Source: Azolla caroliniana
Taxonomy: Eukaryota > Plantae > Polypodiophyta
Assembly (NCBI GenBank): GCA_043228905.1
Contig: JBHGNT010000017.1
Span: forward strand, 9,672,001-9,736,000
DNA: 64,000 nucleotides
Direction of reading: 5' to 3'
Positions within the stretch are counted from its first letter, which is position 1. Each line of letters starts with the position of its first letter. The notes beneath the pieces were generated by a model. The model ran no database searches, was not told the DNA's origin, and was given only the letters and a program-made list of their open reading frames with translations. Shown here piece by piece: positions 25,123-39,400 of this stretch. The translations under genes were made by a program, and so were the position numbers.

Positions 25123-28100
25123 GTTTTTGCATAAATTGGCTAAGTAGACCGATTAAATAACTCAGGTCGGGTCAGGTAATGGTTAGATAGATTAAGCTGC
25201 CAATTAGTTGACGATACTAAGTCGGCACAGAATTTGTTGTTCTTGAATCAACAACGAGCTTGAGATTTCAATCGAGAGGGGTTGACATAGGTGTGCATTC
25301 AGTAATCCCGAATTTGTAGAGTTAGTTGAGAATGTAGTGTCGTTGAGAGATCAATATCCCGATTGGTGTCTGAATTACTTCTATACCAAGGAAGTAATGG
25401 AGCTCATTCATGTCTTTCATTTCGAATCTGCCAGATAGGAGCGTTTGGGCCTTATTAATGTTGGTGAGATCCTTTCCTCCGATGACCAGATCATCCACAT
25501 ACAAGATGATGACAATCGGGTTGTCCAGCTCGTTTCGGATGTATAGGGAGTTGTCCGATTTCGACATTCAGAAGCTGATTTGGTGAAGATATTGGGTGAT
25601 CTTCGAATGCCAAGCATGAGGTGCTTGCTTGAGTCCATATAATGGCTTCTTGAGTCGGCAAACTATTGTCAGATGTTTGGTTGATTCGATACCGAGTGGT
25701 TGAATCATGAACATCTCCTCTTCTAGTTCGCCTTGTAGGAAGGCGTTCTTCATGTCCATTTGGTGGACGTGCCACCCTTTTGCAGCTGCAAGGGCAATGA
25801 CTGTCCGAACATTCATCATCTTTGCCACCGGGGCAAAGGTTTCCTTGAAATCAACTTCGTGTGTTCGCTACGAGTTTGTCCTTGAAGCGATTTACCGAGC
25901 CGTTAGCATTATATTTTACTTTATATATCCACATGTAGCCGATCGATTTCTCCTGTGGAGAATGGGGGATGAGATCCCATGTGTCAATTTTGCATAGATC
26001 CTGCATTTTGTCGTTCATGGCTTCGATCCATCGTGGATCCTTGGCAGCCTCAAAAAATGTTTTTGGTTCTTAGACAGTCGTCGCCTTCATCATAAAGGCA
26101 TAATGGTATGCCATATACTCATCTAGCCGAATCGGCTAACCAAGTTTTTCTCTCAGGTGGAGTGATAGAGCTTCTGACTCCATTTGTCGGATGATTCGGA
26201 TATCCAGGCCTTCAAACTCACTATCAAGAGAGTGAGTCGACTCATTGTCAATCGATTCCTCGTATTACGACATTTTGGCCTTTCCTTTGTCTAGCTTCGA
26301 AGTTGGCCGAGATGTGCTTTGGTAACTTGGGGGCTCTTGTGGTCCACTCAGCCTTGTTGTAAGAGGACTTTCTTCGAACATGTGCTCGAGTTGATCTTTG
26401 TTCTCTAGTTCTTTTTTGGCCAATTCCGGGTTGACTAGGGTTGGAGTCGGTGTTGTCTCTAGTTCGTACTAGGATGCCGATTCGTCGAAGACGACGTCCC
26501 GACTCACTCGAACTTTTCGGGTAGATGGGTTGTAACATTTGTACCCCTTTTGTTCAAGTGAGTACCCTACGAGGATACATTTCTCCAACTTCAGGTCGAG
26601 ATTTTGTCGCTTCTCGTTAGAAATATGCACTTAGGCAATCGAGCCGAATATCTAGATATGTGATAGATCCAAGTTCTTTCTGAAAAACTTCTCATGAGGG
26701 GTTACATCGTGTACTCCAAAGGTTGTACACCTATTCATGAGGTAGACATCTGTGTTGGCCGCTTCTGCCCAGTACGATTTCGGCGGGTTCTTCTCGTTCA
26801 TTATTGCTCTTGCCACCTCTACTATATGCTGATTCTTTCGTTCAGCTACTCCATTTTGTTGAGGTGTGTGTCGGCATGAGAATTCTCGTCGAATTCCTTC
26901 CTTTCAAAGATATGATGTGAAATCATCCGAGAAATACTCCTTGCCTCCATCCGATCGAAGGCATCAGACATGCTGACTTGTGGCTTTTTCGATGTTCATC
27001 CTGGGTTGGACTCAGCCACAAACACAGGTGTCCGTACAGGAACACTCCTCCAAAGGGGTTGTTAGGACATGGATGCTATCCAGTTTTTATCCGATTCCAC
27101 TCTGACTATCTCTGGATGTCTTCCGGATTACTTATTGTGCAATTAATTAATTATCACACGCGTAAGATTAAGAATTAAAGCACCGAACGACAAGTACAAA
27201 AGGACTAATGATTAGGAACAGAAACACGCTTATTTCATATTACTTTCGTTAATCATTACATCGATTCCGGACCCTTTTATAGGCATTTGGTAGGGATTAC
27301 AAAATGGTGCCTTACCGACTACCGGCTATCAATCGGTGCGGATCCGGATCGGTACAACTATCCGGATCCGTCCGTTCCTATAATATTACTTAACCAATAA
27401 TTATGCTACTAATCTAATATTATATTTCGACTCATCCCCGTCCGGATCATACTTTAGGCCAACATTCAAGTTCGTTTTTAAACCTTTGGAAGTGTCTGAA
27501 CACTTCACTCTTCTTCTGCGTAGGATAGATCCAAACATGCTTCGAGAAGTCGTCGATGAACGTGACATAATATCGGCAACCACCGAATGTTGCCGTTTGG
27601 GTTGGTCCCCACACATCTAAATGTACTACATACAGGATCCCTTTGCTCACATTCCTCTCTTTCAGGGATGGTTGTCGGTGTTGTTTGCCGAATTGACAGG
27701 CTTCACATGCACCTACTATCTCTTTTTCGGTAAATGTAGGGAGTTCGATTACGACTCCTTTCGACTGCATTCCTTTAAGCTTTTGGAGATTGATGTGGCT
27801 AATTCGCTTGTGCCACAATTTCAAGTCGGTTTCGACTTTGAGGCCTTTGGCGAACATGACCGACTTCACCTCGTTTGATTCGAGGATGAACATTCGGCCT
27901 TCTCTTCGACCATGAGCGACTAATCAACCTTCTTTCTCATTAAAGCACCCCTCATTATTGAATCACACTTGCATGCCTTGTTCGACAATTTAGCCTACTG
28001 AGACCAAATTTTTCGTGATGGTTGGGACATGAAGTACATTCTTTAGGTAGGTTTGTTTTCCATCGTTCCCAAATGAGACATTTCCGATATGCCGAATCGA

Positions 28101-29580
28101 ATGGGTTGTGTTGTCTCGGTTTCGACATAGTCGTGTCGATCGGGCATTCTCAACTCTCGGAAACAATTTTCATGGGATGTCACGCGATTGGATGCTCTTG
28201 AGTCTACAAACCATACATCGTCTGAGGAAGAGATGTTTGTCGGATGTTGTGCCGACATCGAATGTGCGTTATGCCTCATCATGAACATCCTACCATGATC
28301 TTCATAGTCGGAATTCATTGCATAGTTCGTGAGTTGTCGATTGGTCAAAGCCGACTCTTGTTGCTTCTTTCGGCACTCCACTTCATCGTGGCCAAGTTTC
28401 CCACAGTACCCACATTCGATTGGGTTGTTGCGATGGCGCGGTCCTGCAGGATGGCTCCCCCTTTTGCCGAACTCCCTAGGATTGTTCCTATCGTCTTGCC
28501 ATTGGTGGGAGTTGTGTTCTCGGGTCGGCTGACCCTGTCGCCCTCGGCTGGATCAACCTCTATTTCCTCAGCCGAATCTTCTTCTTTCATCCGACTAGGA
28601 GTAGAGCATCTGACCATTTGGTGTGTTGCTCCTTTGTCAGGCATGATTTTCCTCTACCAGTAGTATAGATTGAAGGTGGATAAAGGAAGGAGGGTTCTCC
28701 CTTACGAGAATGGCCGATCTCATCGTGCCGAATCAAGGTGCCAAGACGCTAAGGTACATTTATTGACCCGAGGGCATCGCACAACTCCTTGATCTTCAAG
28801 GTATAGTTGGTGATTGACATATCCCTCTATTGCATGTTATTCAACTCATGTCGGAGTTAGAGCTTTTGTACAGTCGTATTGGCCGCAAAAATCTTCTTGA
28901 GATTGCCCCAAGCTTCTTTCGACGTTTTTGCCTCTCGAATATAGCTGAGCATGTGATCATGGACGCATGATGCAAGGCAAATACAACACACGACTTGCGA
29001 CCTGCTCCCAAACTGGGTAGTCGACGTGTGTTGGGTTGGGTTGCGTTTCATGAGCTCCCTCTATATAGCTCTAGTAACCTTATTCGACAAGGTATTGATG
29101 CTTGTACTCCCAAGATGTGAAGTTTGTTCCATCGAGCTTCTTTGTAGGAAGAGTGCTTCTCATCTGAATGTTCATGATGTCGATTTATATGGAGTGAGTT
29201 TTCGTTTTGTTGTTCTCTCGATGCGAACTGTGCAGGTTGCTGCTACATCAATCAACCGGTTCTTCGTGAACGTGGATGAGCTTGGATCAGGCTACCAATC
29301 GCTCTGATACCATGTTAAGAATGAAAGACGTAGGTGGTGTTGTGCAACGAAAGCAAGTTGTGTGTGTGAGAGAGTGCACATAAGGAAAACAGGGAGAGGT
29401 AGGGAGAGATCTTAGAACAAAGATATGATTACATCCAACAGTAACTAAGTTACAAACGGTTGGTATAAATACCAACTAGTCTAGGCAATTGTGCTTTCTA
29501 CTATTTACAAAACTAGCCTAGTATGTCCTCTGGCTAGTGTGAAACCATTTCATTTGGGAAGTTGAGTTTGATTCTCAACA
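25123..29580 (-). mobile_element. Ty1/Copia element, 5' portion (LTR-PBS-gag-PR-INT-RT), truncated before RNase H
   Basis: LTR 29313-29580 (TG..CA); PBS TGGTATCAGAGC (tRNA-iMet) 29301-29312; WFVDSRAS protease; VHLDVWGP integrase; HQMDMKNAFL and LYVDDL RT. Confidence 0.9.
26993..27464 (-). mobile_element. Solo LTR related to the LTRs of the nested element at 5052-8714
   Basis: TG..CA ends; TSD TTCGA/TTCAA; shares CGGATCCGGATCGGTACAACT, CTCCAAAGGGGT and AACACAGGTGTC motifs in reverse orientation. It interrupts the Copia integrase. Confidence 0.8.
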
Positions 29581-30296
29581 TAGGGACATGTGCCTAAGGA
29601 TTTTGAGGACTATGGCTTATATTGGTCCAATGTTAACAAAACAACATCCTCAGATCAATATAATATTAGTTAAATATAGCTTCATTAAACAATAACCATT
29701 GACTATCTCAATTAACTTTCCACACAATTATAATATTTGAATGAGGCCATTGACTATCTCAAGGATTGGGCGCATGCCATTCTATGCTTGAGGACATGTT
29801 TACCTTGGCTCTAAGGAGGCCAACATGGCGTTGCTTGTGAAACTAACACCACATGAATGTAGACAAATAATCCCAACAATTAGGATTGCACACAAGAGAG
29901 TAACTGCTAGCTAGCTTTGTATATTCACATAAACCCTATGCCTTGTGTTCAACCAAAATTATAAAAAATTATGTAGGCACAAAGATACTCACATAAAAAT
30001 GGGTCTATCTATTAGCCTTGTTATTGATCCGCTTGATGTTTTTGTTACACACCATATTCCCTCTATCATCATGCAAATGGACTTATCTGTAGCCAAATTA
30101 TTACTGTAGACAAGCTTGTACATAAATGCTCTATATTAGTTGAAAAGAGGAAAATGTTTTAATGAGCAATTTGTGAATTTTTAATTTTAACGAGGTTATT
30201 TTTTATCATAAAAAGTACCAAAAATGCTAATTCGAGTGACGAAAACAAGGAAAAATTTGCTTCAAAGGGGGAAAAATTTTGTGGGCCTTTTCAAAT

Positions 30297-30394
30297 GCAA
30301 CTAGGGACGTGACGATCCCTATCGTTGCTAAGGCTAATCCTAATTGGAAATGAAGAGAATTATTGATTGTATTGTAAAGTCCCTTATGCCCACG
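30297..30394 (-). pseudogene. psaB: Plastid psaB fragment (NUPT, ~100 bp)
   Basis: Translates [33 protein letters not shown], versus the recalled Psa[34 protein letters not shown]. Confidence 0.85.
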
Positions 30395-30463
30395 TAGAGG
30401 CTGAATACAGGGGCGCAACAGTCACCACATGTGAGGCCGTCTGGCTGAAACACATATTGAAGG

Positions 30464-33400
30464 TGTAAAAAGAATAGCGTGCAGAAGCAATAGAAAACCA
30501 AACACAGAAAAACGCAGGTTTAATGGAGAGCTTGGATACACACAGTACGCGGGAGAGACCGACAGAGAGAATACACAAAAAAACTCAATTAAAAAATAAT
30601 ACTCAATCTGTACATAGGATGTGCTCAGTGAGCACTTTTATACGAGTCCATATGGACTGACAGAAGTACTGACACGTACTTCAATACTCATAAATGAGCT
30701 CTACACTAACTCCAAAAATATATTCCTACAGCCTCGCGGTTTACGCACCGCTACGGCTTCTCGTTGCGCACCGGTTTACGCACCCGGTCCGGCCTAACCG
30801 ATCCGGTTATTGGCTTGCACAACCGATCTGGCCAATGTTGAGCTTGTATCTCAACACTCCTCCTCAAGCTCAACTTGAGGTTCCATCCGCTCTTCCGGAT
30901 ATATGCTCCGGATCCTTCTGGCTTCACGCCTTGCTCACACTCCTTGACCTGTTCGATTCCGCGCGCCTCGACCCTTCCAGTCGGCTTGCGTGCTCGTGCG
31001 GCCCTTCTCAGCTCCGTTGTTGTTGCGGTGTTGGCGCTTCTTCTGCTGCCTTCTCTTCTGCTTGGCCCTCAGTTGATTCCGCGTATCCGAATCAAACATC
31101 CGAACCGACTCGGCTTCCTCTGATCGGTTTTCGCTTTCGTCCGAGTTGGCTGTCTCCAGCTTGTCTTCGGTATTCTCACCCTTGACGGCTACGTCTCCCC
31201 CATGCTTGGTTGGCTTCGGCTCTTTCTTTTGACTGCTCCCCTTATATCCGCTTTCGGAATCTTCCGCGGATCCGCCTTCGACGTCTTCAGCCGATACGAA
31301 ATTGAATTCTTCATCCGACCCGGCGTCGCAGTCTTCCGGAACTTCTCTCCTCCTTCCGTGGTCATCATGGACGTCTCTCCCCCTCAAGTTCTGCACGTCG
31401 AGGCGACGCAACCCAATCGCACCCGAGAATTGCCGCAATTTGTCCAAACCAAGAGGCTTGGTGAAGGTGTCGGCAGTCTGTCGATCCATCGGAACATACT
31501 GAAGTTCGACTTCACGAGAGAGGACACGCTCACGGACGAAATGGTAGTGCACCTCAATGTGCTTAGTCCGGGCGTGGAAGACGAGGTTTTTTGCTAGCTG
31601 GATGTTGCTGAGGTTGTTGCAGTAGATTGTCATTGGATCGGATACCTCCACTTGCAGATCCTTAAGTAGCCGCTTCAACCATATGGCTTCGCATGTCGCG
31701 ACAACCGCTCCTCTATACTCGGCTTCGGTGCTCAACAATGCAACTGTCGGCTACTTCTTGCTACTCCATGCGATCACGACACTCCCAAGAGAGAACGCGA
31801 AACCGGACGTGGATCGACGATCGGCGACATTGCCGGCCCAGTCAGCATTGGTGTAGCCGACTAACTGTGGGGCTATACCGGTCCGATATAGTAGCCCCCG
31901 GTCCCTAGTGCCACTTACTTACCGTAGTACGCATTGCGCACATTGAAGGTGCTCCGTGGTAGGTCGCGCCATGAACTGACTAATCACCCTGACTGGGTAG
32001 CCGAGATCTGGTCGGGTGATGGTCAAGTATATAAGGCTTCTGACTATCTATCGGAACCTCGTTGGGTTGCATACCTTTCCGGAATCGGGGCGAAGCTTGA
32101 CGGTTCTATCCAGAGAAGTCGAGACGGACTTAAAGTCGGCCATCCCGAATTTGAAGAGCATACTCAGCATGTAATGTCGTTGGCTGATCAGTATGCCTTT
32201 GAGGGTGCGGATCACTTCGATCCCGAGGAAGTAATGAAGGTCCCCCAGATCCTTCATGTCGAATGATGCCGCAAATTGGAGCTTCACGCGGTCAATCTCA
32301 GCTAGGTCGCCGCCAGTGATGACCAAGTTATCAACATAAAGTAAAATGTTAACCGGCCCGAGTCGACCTTTCCGGATGAACAGTGAGGAGCCCAATTTTG
32401 ACGTTGCAAAGCCCATCCAACGCAATCGTTGCGTGATCTTCGCGTTCCAGGCACGCATGGCTTGGTTTAGTCCGTAAAGGGACTTCTTCAACTGGCCCAT
32501 CGCTGAGGTGTTCGTTCTAGAGTGAAATCCGGGGGGCTATACCATGTACACTTGTTTCTCAAGCTCACCTTGCAGGAATGCATTCATTACTGTTGAGAGA
32601 CAAGCTCAACATTCATGCATAATAGGATGCGTAACCCAGTGCATAGACTGGGTGCGTAAATCGGTACGCACAACCTGGCCGTATCAGTGCGTAAACCGAA
32701 AGGCCGTTGGAGAGATATTCCTCGTAAGGAATAATTTTGGGAGTGAGTGCCACAGAGAAAGCGAGTGCTGGAAAAAAGGGCCACAGAGAAAGTGAGTGCT
32801 GGAAAAAGTGCGCCGATTCTGACAGATCCGGATCCGACAAGGCCGGCAGAGAGAACCGGCAATACTTGCACTACGCAGAAGGATCGGGAGGATCCAAAAC
32901 CAGAAAAGCCAGTAAAGGCTAACTCGATGAAGAAGACCACTTCCAAATTGGAGGAAGTATGGTACGTTGATTCCGGTGCGTCAAATCACATGACGAGCCA
33001 CAAAGAGTGGTTCTCCTTCTTGGAGAAACCAGAACAACCAGGAGTTGTCGAAACCGAGGACGAATGTTCCAACCATCACGAAGAACCTTGTGTCTGCTGG
33101 ACAGATAGTCGACCAGGGGATGCAGGTTCGGTTTATGCACCTCGGGTGCTTCATCGAGGAAGAGGGCCAGATTATTGCGCAAGGGCGTAAAGACGGGAGG
33201 ATGTTCATCCTCGACACCAATGATGTAGGCAACGCTTTGTTCGCCAAAGGACAGAAGGTCGAATCGAACATCGACCTGTGGCAGAAGCAGATTGGCCACG
33301 TCAATTACCGGAGGCTTCAAGACCTGCAAACGAAACAAGTTGTTTTCGGTTTGCCGAAGTTCAGTGGCCGGAAGGCCCAAATATGTGAAGCTTGCCAACT

Positions 33401-36400
33401 AGGGAAGCAACACCGACTTCCTTTCCCTGACGAGCGTAACCGGAGCTGGAACAAGCTCGACTTGATACATTCCGATGTATGGGGGCCAGCACAGAATGTT
33501 AGTCTTGGCGGGAGTCGATATTTTGTCTCCTTCATCGACGACTATATGCGACACACGTGGATCTACCTCATCGAGAAGAAGTGTGAAGTCTTCGACTGTT
33601 GCTGGGACCTCAAAGGGTTCGTGGAAACGGAAATGGAAAGGAAGATCAAGTGCCTGCGGTTGGATGGCGGAAAAGAATATTTTTCCGGCCAATTCAATAG
33701 TTATCTGCAGCAAAAAGGAATTCGGAGAGAGTTCAGTTGTAGATACACACTGGAGCAAAACGGTGTGTCCGAAAGGAAGAACCGGTCGATTGTTGACGCA
33801 ACAAGGGCAATGCTAGAGGAAAAGAGCATGCCCCATTTCTACTGGGTGGAGATGGTCCGGACGGCCGTCTACATCCAAAACTAGATTGGTGACAAGGTGT
33901 TCTCGCATGAGCTATATTTCGGGTGCAAGCCGAATTTGAGACACCTTCGGATATTCGGTAGCATTGCATATGTGCATGTGCCGGATGAGAAATAGAGGAA
34001 GTTGGATGCAAAGTCGGAGAAATGCATCCTAGTCAGTTACTCGCATGAACAAAAAGGGTATAAATGTTATAACCCCCGAACGAAGCAGGTCCGAGTTAGC
34101 CGGGATGTTGAGTTTGATGAGATGACATCATGGTATGCCTTATCGGCTACGACTTCCGACCCCGACCCAATACCAGAGGATGAGGCTAGTGAGCCTGATC
34201 TCATTTCGGTTAAGTGGAGCGAATAAGCGGTTGAATCGGGATGACCAGTCGGATGACGAACCAGCGAGTAATGGACACTCTGTTGTGCTCTCCCCGCGCA
34301 AGGAACCGAGGAGACGGTTCACGCACAAAGAGAAGGGGAAGAAGAAGATGCCGGAATATGAAACCGGCAACGTTGAGTCGGATTGGGGCGAATCTGACTC
34401 CAAAAAGGATGAAGGCAGATCTTTGGCAACAAAGACCGCATCGGCCAAGAAGGGCCTCAAACTGGGTAACGATAAGTTACGCCGGTCTTCCCGTCAGAAG
34501 AATCCTGTTGTGCAGTTTGGATACAATGAGTACATGGCGCATCATTATGCGTACATGACCCGTGTAGCGGAAGTGCGTGAGCCGGAGAGCTACGTAGAAG
34601 CGGCGAAGGACGCAAATTGGCGCGCCGCAATGGAGGAAGAGATGCACGCATTAGCGGAGAATGAAACATGGGACCCGGTTGACGCACCGAAAGGTGTGAA
34701 GCAGATCAGATGTAGGTGGGTGTACAAGGTCAAGTACAACACTAACGGCTCGGTCAACTGATACAAGGCCCGGTTAGTAGCGTAAGGCTACGCATAGAAA
34801 CACGGCATCGACTACGATGAGACGTTTGCGCCGGTCGTGAAGATGACGATCGTTCGTGTTTTGCTCGCGGTAGCTGCGGCAAAGGGGTGGCACTTACATC
34901 AGATGGATGTAAAGAATGCGTTCCTGCAAGGTGAGCTTGAGGAACATGTGTACATGGTACAACCCCCCAGATTTCACTCTAGAACGAACACTTCGGCGAT
35001 GTGCCAACTGAAGAAATCCCTTTACGGACTAAAGCAAGCCCCGCGTGCCTGGAACACGAAGATCACGCAACGATTGCGTTGGTTGGGCTTTGCAACATCA
35101 AAATCGGACTCCTCACTGTTCATCCGGAAAGGTCGACTCGGGCCGGTTAGCATTTTACTTTATGTTGATGACCTTGTCATCACCAGTGCTGACCTAGGTG
35201 AGATTGACCGCGTGAAGCTCCCGCTTGCGACATCATTCAACATGAAGGATTTGGGGGACCTTCATTACTTCATCGGGATCGAAGTGATTTGCACCCCCAA
35301 AGGCATACTGATCAGCCAACGACATGACATGCTGAGTATGCTCTTCAAATTCGGGATGGCCTACTGTAAGTTCATCTCGACTCCTTTGCATAGAACCGTC
35401 AAGCTTCGGCCCGATTCCGGAAAGGTATGCGACCCGACGAGGTTCCGACAGATAGTCGGAAGCCTTATATACTTTACCATCACCCGACCAGATCTCAACT
35501 ACCCGGTCAGGCTGAATAGTCAGTTCATGGCGCACCCGACCGAGGAGCACCTTCAGTGCGCACAACGCGTACGTCAATGGCAATAATGACCGGGGGCTAC
35601 TATATCGGACCGATACTGCCGCGCAGTTGGTCGGTTACACCGATGCTGATTGGGCTGGAAACGCCAGCGATCGCCGATCCACATCCGGTTTCGCGTTCTC
35701 TCTTGGGAGTGTCACGATCGCGTGGAGTAGCAAGAAGCAGTCGACAATTGTGTTGTCGAGCACCGAAGCGGAGTATAGAGGAGCGGTTGTCGCGACATGC
35801 GAAGCCATATGGTTGAAGTGGCTACTTATGGATCTGGAGGTGGAGGTTTCCGATCCAACGACAATCTACTGCGACAACCTCAACAGCATCCAGCTAGCTA
35901 AGAACCCCGTCTTCCACGCCTGGACTAAGCACATTGAGGTGCACTACCATTTCGTTCGTGAGCGTGTCCTCTCCGGTGAAGTCGAACTTTAGTATGTTCT
36001 GACGGATCAGCAGAACGCTGACATCTTCACTAAGCCTCTTGGTCTGGACAAGTTGCGGCAATTCTCGGGTGCGCTTGGGTTGCGTCACCTCGACGTGCAG
36101 AACTTGAGGGGGAGAGACGTCCATGATGACCACGGAAGGGAGTAGGAAAGGAGCAGAAAAGACTGTGACGCTGAGTCGGATGACGAATTCGATTTCGGAT
36201 CGGCTAAAGAAGCCGAGGGCAAATCCGCGAAAGAGTCCGAAAGCGGACATAAGGGGATCAGACAAAAGAAAGAGCCGAAGTCAACCAAGTGTGGGAGAGG
36301 CAAAGCCATTAAGGGTGAGAAGATTGAAGATGAGTTGGAGACAGCTAACTCGGACGAGAACGAAAACCGATCGGAGGAAGCCGAGTCAGTTCGGATGTTT

Positions 36401-39400
36401 GATTTGGATACGCTGAATCAACCAAGGGCCAAGCGGAAGAGAAGGCAACAGAAGAGGCGCCAACACTGCAACAACAAGGAAGCTGAGAAGGGCCGTGTAA
36501 GTAAACAAGCCGACCGAAAGGGTCGAGGAGCGCGAGCGAGGTGTGAAGCCAGAAGGAACCGGAGCGTAGATCCGGCGGAGCATGTGGAACCTCAAGTTGA
36601 GGTTGAGGGGGAGTGTTGAGAGACAAGCTTACCATTCGTGTGTAATAGGATGCGTAACGCAATGCATAGACTAGGTGCGTAAATCGGTACGCACAACCTG
36701 GCCGTATCTGTGTATAAACCGAGAGGCTGTTAGAGAGATATTCCTCGTAAGGAATAATTTTGGGAGTGAGTGTCGAGGCTCATTTATGAGCAGTCAAGTA
36801 CTGTCAGTACTTGTGTTAGCCCAATTGTCAGGGCTTGTATAAAAGGTACCCACTAAGCACAGTGTATGTACAGATTGAGTATTATTTTTTGAATAGAGTT
36901 TCTATGTGCTCTCTCTCTCTCTCTCTGTCTCTCCCACGTACTGTGTATATCCTAAGTTGTCCATTAAACCTGCATTTTTGTGTTCTGTTTTCTATTGCTT
37001 CCGCACAACGTATTCTTTTACATTTACATCCATCTGGTGTAAGTACCACCCCTTCGCCATAGCTACTGCGAGTAAAACGCGGACACTCTTCATCTTCGTG
37101 ACCGGTGCAAACCTCTCATCGTAGTCGATGCCGTGTTGCTGTGCGTAGCCTTTCGTTACTAACCGGGCCTTGTATTGGTTGACCGAGCCGTCAGTGTTGT
37201 ACTTGACCTTGTACACCCACCTACATCCGATCGGCTTCACACCTTTCGATGCGTCAACTAAGTCCCAGGTTTCATTTTCCGCCAATGCGTGCATCTCTTC
37301 CTCCATTGCGGCACACCAATTCGCGTCATTCGCCGCTTCTGCGTAGCTCTTCGGCTCACGCACTTCCGCCACTCACGTCATGTACGCATAGTGATGCGCC
37401 ATGTACTCGTTGTAACTGAACCGCACAACAGGGTTCTTTTGGCGAGTAGATCAACGTAATTGCTCATTAGCCGATATTGAGGCTTTCTTGGCCGACGTGG
37501 ACTTCGCTCTCGAAGACCCGTCATCACTTCCCTCAGAGTCGGACTCGCATCGATCCAACTTGTTCCTATCGGTGTCGTAATCCGACACCTTCTTCTTCCC
37601 TTTTTCCTTGCGCGTAAGCTATCTCCTCGGCTTCCTATACGGGGAATGCACGGCCGAGTCTCCACTACTCGCCGACTCTTCTTCGGACTAGTCAAACTGA
37701 CTCAGTCGTCCATTCGGTCCACTTAACCGAAACGAGATCGAACTCTCTTCGAGGGTTCCGATTTCACCCTCATCCAGAGGCACTTCAGCCTCGCTGACCT
37801 CATCGTCAAAGCTCGGATTGGAGTTGACGTCCTGAGTCGGAGGCAAGTACCAAGACGTGGACTCATCAAACACAACATCGCGGCTCACGTGAGCTTGTTT
37901 GGTTCAGGGGTTATAGCACTTATAACCCTTCTACTTGTCTGAATAGCCAACTAAGATACACTTCTTAGCTTTCGCGTCCAACGTCCTCCGTTTCTCCTTT
38001 GGTACATGCACATACGCAATGCTTCCGAAAACTCTCAAGTGTCGTAGATTTGGCTTCCTGCCGAAATACAACTAATGCGTCGACACTTTGTCTCCGATCC
38101 GATTCTATATGTACACCGCGGTTCATACGGCCTCGTCCCAATAGAACTTGGGCAAGCTCTTTTCTTTCAGCATTGCCCGCGCCATTTCCACAATCGACCG
38201 ATTCTTCCTTTCGGCCACGCCGTTCTGTTCTGGCCTATATCTGCAACTAAATTCACACCGAATTCCCATCTGTTGCAGATACCCGTTGAATTGACCGAAA
38301 AAGTACTCTTTTCCGCCATCCGACCGCATGCACTGGATCTTTCTTCCTGTTTCCCTTTCGACGAAACTCTTGAGGTCCCGGAAACAGTCGAAGACTTCAC
38401 TCTTCTTCTCAATGAGGTAGATCCACGTGTGCCACGTATAGTTGTCGATGAAGGAGACGAAATATCGACTCCCGCCAAGACTAACGTTTTGTGTTGGCCC
38501 CCATACATCAGAATGTATCAAATTGAGCTTGTTCCGGCTCTGGTTACGCTCGTTAGGGAAAGGAAGTCGATGTTGCTTCCCTAGTTGGCATGCTTCACAA
38601 ATTTGTGCCTTCGGGCCATTAAATTTTGGCAATCCGAACACCACTTATTTCGATTGCAGGTCCTAAAGCGTTGATAGTTGACGTGGCCTATCCGCTTGTG
38701 CCATAAGTGGATATCCGACTCGACTTTTTGTCCTTTCACGAACATTGCGGTGCCAACGTCACTAGAGTCGAGGATAAACATCCTCCCGTCTCTATGCCCT
38801 TGCACAATAACTCGGCCTTCTTCCTCGATGAAGCACCCGAGATGCGTAAACCAAACCTGCATCCCCTGGTCGACGATCTGTCCGACCGACACCAGATTCT
38901 TCGTGATTGTCGGGACGTGTAACACGTTCATAAGTTTTCCTGTTTGCCCGACATGGCTTAGGGGAACTTCACCGACATTCTCGATCGGATGCAGAGTGTT
39001 GTCTCCCGTTGCGACTACTCCCGGTTGCATCGATTTCTCAAGGTATGAGAACCACTCCTTATGGCTCGTCATGTGGTTTGATGCACCGGAGTCAACATAC
39101 CACACCTCATCCGATTTTGGGGTGGTCTTCTTTATTGAGTTCGCTTCATGTCTCGTCACGAAGACTAACCCTTTTAGCTTTTCCGGAAGCTTCGGCGTAG
39201 TGCGATCGCTGCCGATTACCCTTGTCGGTTTGTTCGAAACCTGATCTGGATCTGGTCCTCTCCGAATCGGTGCGCTTCTTCCAGCACTCGCTCTCCTTGT
39301 GGCCTTTCTTGCCACAGTACCAACATTCTGTAGCGGATTTCCCTTGTCGGTTCTCATCATCTCGACTCCCCCCTGTTTCCGGAGGGTCTGGAATTGCTGT

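Noticed and set aside
30227-30418. Functional photosystem I gene
   Set aside because: Only ~33 codons match PsaB; the flanks are Copia and unrelated DNA.
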